Under the pieces are notes generated by a model that was not told where the DNA came from, searched no databases, and saw nothing but the letters and a program-made list of their open reading frames with translations. From Crocosphaera subtropica ATCC 51142 (GTDB lineage: Bacteria > Cyanobacteriota > Cyanobacteriia > Cyanobacteriales > Microcystaceae), in NCBI RefSeq assembly GCF_000017845.1, contig NC_010546.1, forward strand, positions 4,500,001-4,532,000: 32,000 bases of DNA, read 5' to 3'. Positions 27,612 to 32,000 of this stretch are shown here, in pieces (within the stretch, counting starts at the first letter, position 1; each line of letters opens with the position of its first letter). The translations under genes were made by a program, and so were the position numbers.

Positions 27612-27833
27612 TTATTTTAGTCGAAGTTCTATATCAACTTTATTTTGTTTAACATCATCTATACACTGTAACCAATCATTCCAAATAGCAGGATCGACAG
27701 TTTTGCCATCCGATAATGTACTCATACTACCAAGTAAACCCCCTATATCATCAGATTGTGTCATTTCATATACCTTGACCAAATAGGCATACATTGCAGC
27801 ATAAGCTTCTTTCTCAGTTAAATTAATACTCAT
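27612..27833 (-). CDS. Hypothetical small protein (73 aa)
   Basis: ORF track. The pattern LTEKEAYAAMYAYL..Y..T.SDDIGGLLGSMS...DG.TVDPAIWNDW looks like a widespread uncharacterised small-protein family that I cannot name. Confidence 0.45.
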   Translation of the reverse strand: MSINLTEKEAYAAMYAYLVKVYEMTQSDDIGGLLGSMSTLSDGKTVDPAIWNDWLQCIDDVKQNKVDIELRLK

Positions 27834-27893
27834 ATTTCTACCAATAATAAACGATTATAGAAAGGCGATCGCTATTTATACACCAACTGTTTT

Positions 27894-27924
27894 GTTGGGT
27901 TTCACTTCGTTTAACCCAACCTAC
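27894..27924. repeat. GTTGGGTT-N11-AACCCAAC-CTAC hairpin, resembling a dispersed cyanobacterial small repeat
   Basis: 8-bp stem 27894-27901/27913-27920. The AACCCAACCTAC tail matches my memory of a repeat family common in cyanobacterial genomes. Only one copy is in this window. Confidence 0.4.
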
Positions 27925-27984
27925 GAGTTAATATTCACTAATATACAATTAATTTCGATTTTATTAATAAATTGATTAACTAGG

Positions 27985-28008
27985 GTAGGGTGGCCAATGC
28001 CCACCTTA
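27985..28008. repeat. Palindromic hairpin element, copy 4 (imperfect). Probable desaturase terminator.
   Basis: GTAGGGTGGCCAATGCCCACCTTA lies about 115 nt downstream of the desaturase stop. Confidence 0.6.
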
Positions 28009-28123
28009 CAATAATGTTCTTTTTTGTTTATCTTATAAAAAAAGGAAGATACTGATTAAATACCTTCCCTTTTATTGATTAATTTAATTGCGTTTTTTGG
28101 TAACTAGAAAAAAGAATTAAAAC

Positions 28124-29173
28124 TTAAAACTTTCTAGATTCACAGTAAACTTTACCCCCTTCATCGGGAACCACATGACAAATCTTGTAACCCCGAATAA
28201 ATGCCTCTAAAATGGAGTAATCTGACTTACGATAATACTCCCCTAAAACGGGTTTAATCGCTTCTGTTGCTGTTTTTAAATGGTAATGAGGCATCGTTAA
28301 AAAGATATGATGAGCAACATGAGTCCCAATATTATGATGGATATCATTGATAAATCCATAATCATGATCTACGGTAGATAATGCCCCTTTTAAAAAGTAC
28401 CAATCTTTGCCCCGATACCAAGGAACATCAGGATCAGTATGATGTAAAAAGGTGACTAAATCTAACCACATTACAAACACGACATAGGGACCCAAATAAT
28501 ATTTAAGTAACCATAAAAAGCCGAATTGATAGGTTAAAAATCCTAACAAAGCAACCATACCAATTAAACAAATGGTACTGGTTAAAACATCCCATTTTTC
28601 AGAGGGACGAAAGAGATCACTTTTGGGATCAAAATGACTGCCTTTTCTGCCGGGGGAACGCTTAAACAAATAAAGAGGATAAAGAAATAAAACCAGTTTA
28701 AAACGGGCAAACTTTTCTATCCATCCCATCTCATTATATTTCGATTCTGTGATAGGATACCAACTTTCATCCGTATCGATATTACCAGTATTTTTATGAT
28801 GAGTGCGATGACTAATACGCCAACCATGAAACGGTACTAAAATGGGCGTATGAGACAGATGACCAATAAGATTATTTAACCATTTGTAGCGAGAAAAAGA
28901 ACCATGGCCACAATCATGTCCAACGACAAATAATGCCCAAAACATGGTACCTTGCATGACCCAAAAAATTGGCCAAAAAAACCAAGAATCTATTGAATAA
29001 GCGATCGCATAGAGAACAGATATGACGAAAATATCCCAAAAAAAATAAGCCAGGGATCTAATGGCAGATGACTCAAAACAATGGGGAGGAATAGCTTCTC
29101 TAATATCTTGTAAGGTAAAGGGAAGGTCGACCACTTTTGGTTCTGGTCGATTCACAGTCATGGGTTGCTGCAT
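28124..29173 (-). CDS. desB: Acyl-lipid fatty acid desaturase, probably omega-3 (DesB-like)
   Basis: Three His boxes: HDCGHGSF, HRTHH and HVAHH. WRISHRTHHKNTGNIDTDESWYP resembles omega-3/FAD7-type enzymes. The Delta12-versus-omega-3 assignment is tentative. Confidence 0.75.
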   Translation of the reverse strand: MQQPMTVNRPEPKVVDLPFTLQDIREAIPPHCFESSAIRSLAYFFWDIFVISVLYAIAYSIDSWFFWPIFWVMQGTMFWALFVVGHDCGHGSFSRYKWLNNLIGHLSHTPILVPFHGWRISHRTHHKNTGNIDTDESWYPITESKYNEMGWIEKFARFKLVLFLYPLYLFKRSPGRKGSHFDPKSDLFRPSEKWDVLTSTICLIGMVALLGFLTYQFGFLWLLKYYLGPYVVFVMWLDLVTFLHHTDPDVPWYRGKDWYFLKGALSTVDHDYGFINDIHHNIGTHVAHHIFLTMPHYHLKTATEAIKPVLGEYYRKSDYSILEAFIRGYKICHVVPDEGGKVYCESRKF

Positions 29174-29301
29174 TCGCTGTTGGATCTCCTGATGTAAAGC
29201 TGATATAAAGAAAAACTTAATTTTTCTTAATCTTATCCATTATACCTGAACTTCCCCTTTGATATGAAATCTCTTTGAATACTTATACTTGAGAGTAGGG
29301 T

Positions 29302-29325
29302 AAGCAGAGGAAGCAGAGGAAGCAG
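29302..29325. repeat. 9-bp tandem repeat AAGCAGAGG x2.7
   Basis: Units at 29302-29310 and 29311-29319, and a partial unit at 29320-29325. Confidence 0.85.
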
Positions 29326-29596
29326 TAGTTTCAAACACCTATTATCTCGTAAAAAAAGACTCAACTCCGCCACCGAAGGTGCGCATAGTGTCCTCCTAAC
29401 TCCTAACACCGAACTCAGGTTTGCAGTCTCAACTCAGGTTTTACGCTTAACTGAGTCGTATTGGGGGATGAGGAGTTTACAGTCATGATTTTAATGATGA
29501 GTAATTAAATGAATTTTATAGGACAAAACCAAGATATCTATCTAAAGAATATGGTTTGATTAATTTTTTTTTGATGTTTTTATCTTAAAGATCAAG

Positions 29597-29615
29597 GGGC
29601 GCAAGGTTCGCGCCC
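29597..29615 (-). terminator. GC-only hairpin (GGGCGC-N7-GCGCCC) downstream of the RHH gene
   Basis: 6-bp stem 29597-29602/29610-29615, about 50 nt past the stop at 29666. The flanks are only moderately T-rich. Confidence 0.45.
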
Positions 29616-29665
29616 TTAATTGCTTGGGGACTGTTTACCAAAACTACAACAAGACGCAAAACCCT

Positions 29666-29917
29666 TTAATCGTTCCATTCTCCTCGGGGTGGTAAAGGGG
29701 GGTTACGACGAAACGTACGGGTTAAATCATCGTCTCTGTTCCGTTCCCCATTTAACCACTGCTTAATCGCTGTTTCAATAATGCGACTAGGATCATTTGT
29801 CAGGTGTTTAAGTTGTTCAAGGATTTCTGCATCAAGGTTAATAGAAATTTCTACTTTATCAGCATTCCGCTGAGTAGAGGTCGCATTATCATTCATAGGT
29901 TTCTCCCAATCTTCCAT
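29666..29917 (-). CDS. Ribbon-helix-helix (CopG-like) small protein
   Basis: KVEISINLDAEILEQLKHLTNDPSRIIETAIKQWL fits the beta-alpha-alpha RHH pattern. Confidence 0.55.
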   Translation of the reverse strand: MEDWEKPMNDNATSTQRNADKVEISINLDAEILEQLKHLTNDPSRIIETAIKQWLNGERNRDDDLTRTFRRNPPLPPRGEWND

Positions 29918-29982
29918 CTCCTATTGTACAAGGAAGGGAATTCCTTGAGGTTTTTGATCAATTAAAATTCATAACAGCAAGA

Positions 29983-30450
29983 TTAATACTCTTCATAAAC
30001 TTCGTCGATGGCCAGTTCTGATTGTTGGGCTGCTGTGACGGCTAAGCGATCGCATTGTTCATTTTCGGGGTGGCCGGCGTGACCTTTTACCCAGACAAAT
30101 TCTACTTCATGTTCTTCACATAAATCTAATAATTTTTGCCACAAATCAGGATTTTTTGCCGTTTCTTTTTTATTCCTTTTCCAACCATTTCCTTGCCATT
30201 TTTTTGCCCATCCTTTAGTAATAGCATCGACTAAGTAACGAGAATCCGTGTATAAAGTAACGTCACAAGGCATTTTTAGGGCTTCTAACCCAATAATGGC
30301 CGCCATCATTTCCATACGGTTATTGGTGGTTAAACGATAACCTCCTGACAGTTCTTTCCGATGTTCATTATGGACTAGAATAATGCCATAACCCCCTTTT
30401 CCTGGATTGCCAGAGCAAGCCCCATCTGTGTAAATTTGTACCTTTTTCAT
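29983..30450 (-). CDS. rnhA: Ribonuclease HI
   Basis: [34 protein letters not shown] and [15 protein letters not shown] carry the DEDD catalytic pattern. Confidence 0.93.
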   Translation of the reverse strand: MKKVQIYTDGACSGNPGKGGYGIILVHNEHRKELSGGYRLTTNNRMEMMAAIIGLEALKMPCDVTLYTDSRYLVDAITKGWAKKWQGNGWKRNKKETAKNPDLWQKLLDLCEEHEVEFVWVKGHAGHPENEQCDRLAVTAAQQSELAIDEVYEEY

Positions 30451-30572
30451 AGCTTACCCAATTGTTTTAAATTCCCAATATAGAATTGACCATAACTATA
30501 ACAGGACAAAGAATCGTTAGGACTATAAATGCTTATTGAAAGGGAACAGGGAACAGAAGAAGTATCTTAAGC

Positions 30573-32000
30573 TTAAAAATCAACCCCATTAACTCGATGA
30601 ATATTGAGAATATCACTCATATTATTAATACTATTAATGAGATAATCTAACTGTTGGCGATCGCGGATTTCGATGCGTAAATTAATAATCGCTGGTTTAT
30701 TGCGCCCGGTTTTCACCCCTGCGTTGCAGACATTGATATGGTGGTCACTCACCCGCAATAAAATATCTTTGAGAACGCCAACCCGATCGAGAGCTTCGAT
30801 TTGTACATCCACGGGATAAGTGGTGGCACACCCTTTACTATCCACTGTATTCCAACGCACTGGAATGAATCGTTCTCCAGGAACATTCTCTATATTAGAA
30901 CAACTTTGAGCATGGATAGAAATGCCCCGATTTCCCCTAGTTACCACACCAATAATGGGATCTCCGGGTAAAGGCGTACAACACCCTGCAATATGATAAA
31001 CTAACCCTTCTACCCCAAGAATGGGGGACTTATTGGGTTTAGTGGGACAAGAAGGAGAAGGAGACGCACTGGGTAAGTTAATCTCTGAAACCTCTTCTTT
31101 TTGATTCGTAACAGTCACTTCTCGGACACGGTTCACCACTTGGTTAAGGGTGATCCCACCATAACCCAACCCGGCTAATAAATCATCTACTGACTGGTAA
31201 TTACATTTTTCAGCAACGGTTTGCATGGGTTGAGACTTCAATAAGGCTTCAAAGCCATTTTTCCCTAATTCTTTTTCGAGGATGTCTCGGCCCCTAGACA
31301 TATTTTCTTCTCGACGGGATCGCTTGAACCATTGACGAATACGGTTACGGGCGGTGGGAGTCACCACAAAGTTTAACCAGTCTAAACTGGGATGACAGTT
31401 CTTTTGGGTAATAATTTCGACAATGTCCCCGTTGTGTAAGGGTTGGTCAAGAACAGACCATTTCCCGTTAATTCTGGCCCCTTTCATGTGGTTCCCCACT
31501 TCGGTGTGAATGCGATAGGCGAAGTCTACGGCGGTTGCCCCTCTCGATAGGGCGATCACATCTCCATCGGGGGTAAAGACATAAACATCATCGTCAAAGA
31601 GGTTATCTTTAAGATTTTCTACATATTCTTGATCGTCTTTGAGGTCTTTTTGCCAATCGAGAAGTTGCCGTAACCAGGTAAATTTTTCATCTTCATTAGA
31701 AAAATGGGTATGATTTGATCCCCCGGTTTCTTTATATTTCCAGTGGGCTGCAATTCCATATTCAGCGATATGGTGCATTTCTAGGGTCCGAATTTGGATT
31801 TCTAGGGGACGACCATTCAAACCAACAACGGTGGTATGTAAGGACTGATAACGGTTGGGTTTAGGTAGTCCAATGTAGTCCTTAAAGCGGCCGGGCATGG
31901 GTTTAAAGACATCGTGAACCACTGCTAGGGCCCGATAACATTCTTCATTGGTTTTCACAATAATTCTCAACGCAGCCAGATCGTAAATTTCATGAAATCC
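30573..32000 (-). CDS. spoT: Bifunctional (p)ppGpp synthetase/hydrolase, C-terminal two-thirds. The gene continues beyond the window edge.
   Basis: The frame stays open to 32000 (..FHEIYDLAALRIIVKT..). It contains the synthetase motif YRSLHTTV-like QSLHTTVVG, a TGS region and a C-terminal ACT domain. The M at 31970 in the ORF track is an internal TTG. Confidence 0.93.
   Translation of the reverse strand, partial: GFHEIYDLAALRIIVKTNEECYRALAVVHDVFKPMPGRFKDYIGLPKPNRYQSLHTTVVGLNGRPLEIQIRTLEMHHIAEYGIAAHWKYKETGGSNHTHFSNEDEKFTWLRQLLDWQKDLKDDQEYVENLKDNLFDDDVYVFTPDGDVIALSRGATAVDFAYRIHTEVGNHMKGARINGKWSVLDQPLHNGDIVEIITQKNCHPSLDWLNFVVTPTARNRIRQWFKRSRREENMSRGRDILEKELGKNGFEALLKSQPMQTVAEKCNYQSVDDLLAGLGYGGITLNQVVNRVREVTVTNQKEEVSEINLPSASPSPSCPTKPNKSPILGVEGLVYHIAGCCTPLPGDPIIGVVTRGNRGISIHAQSCSNIENVPGERFIPVRWNTVDSKGCATTYPVDVQIEALDRVGVLKDILLRVSDHHINVCNAGVKTGRNKPAIINLRIEIRDRQQLDYLINSINNMSDILNIHRVNGVDF

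Noticed and set aside
1-32000. Search for rRNA, tRNA, CRISPR arrays, IS elements, integrases and prophage genes
   Set aside because: I saw no tRNA T-loop/acceptor signatures (for example GGTTCGAATCC), no regularly spaced 25-40 bp repeats, no transposase- or integrase-like ORFs, and no terminal inverted repeats flanking the accessory segment. The scan was by eye only, so tRNAscan-SE, Infernal and ISfinder searches are still needed to exclude them.

Overview
This is a chromosomal window from a unicellular, Cyanothece/Crocosphaera-like cyanobacterium. That origin is inferred from the gene content and from the many GCGATCGC (HIP1) octamers. Most of the window is ordinary housekeeping: chlH, argG, hemC, ybaB, holB, rnhA, a partial spoT/relA, a Cu P-type ATPase, phoD, an acyl-lipid desaturase, MscS, a Tab2 homologue, Ap4A phosphorylase and a radical SAM enzyme.

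Three things stand out:

1. An accessory segment of about 4.5 kb (about 4413-8930) sits between chlH and a small membrane-peptide gene. Copies of one palindromic hairpin, AGTAGGGTGGGCAATGCCCACCTTA, lie at both edges and once inside it, and I saw no HIP1 site in it. It carries an HNH nuclease with a TRAM-like tail, a tightly coupled DUF262 (ParB-like) plus HEPN (Rx4H) gene pair, an orphan HicB-like antitoxin with a non-HicA partner, and a Uma2 nuclease pseudogene with three in-frame stops. The DUF262-HEPN pair is my best candidate for an uncharacterised defence system. It looks like a split GmrSD-like enzyme with an RNase in place of the DNase. A deletion remnant of a second copy lies at 13053-13340, next to a decayed DUF433/PIN toxin-antitoxin module.

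2. A ClC channel gene (19564-20928) is about 60% GC with GC3-rich codons, in a genome of about 30-48% GC. It looks like a gene-sized foreign insert.

3. Several intergenic repeats and structures may be regulatory. These include repeats upstream of chlH, a TTGACA x3 array with 11-bp spacing, and a structured region upstream of the desaturase.

I saw no rRNA, tRNA, CRISPR array, transposase or integrase. All family calls rest on motif recognition by eye, with no database searches.
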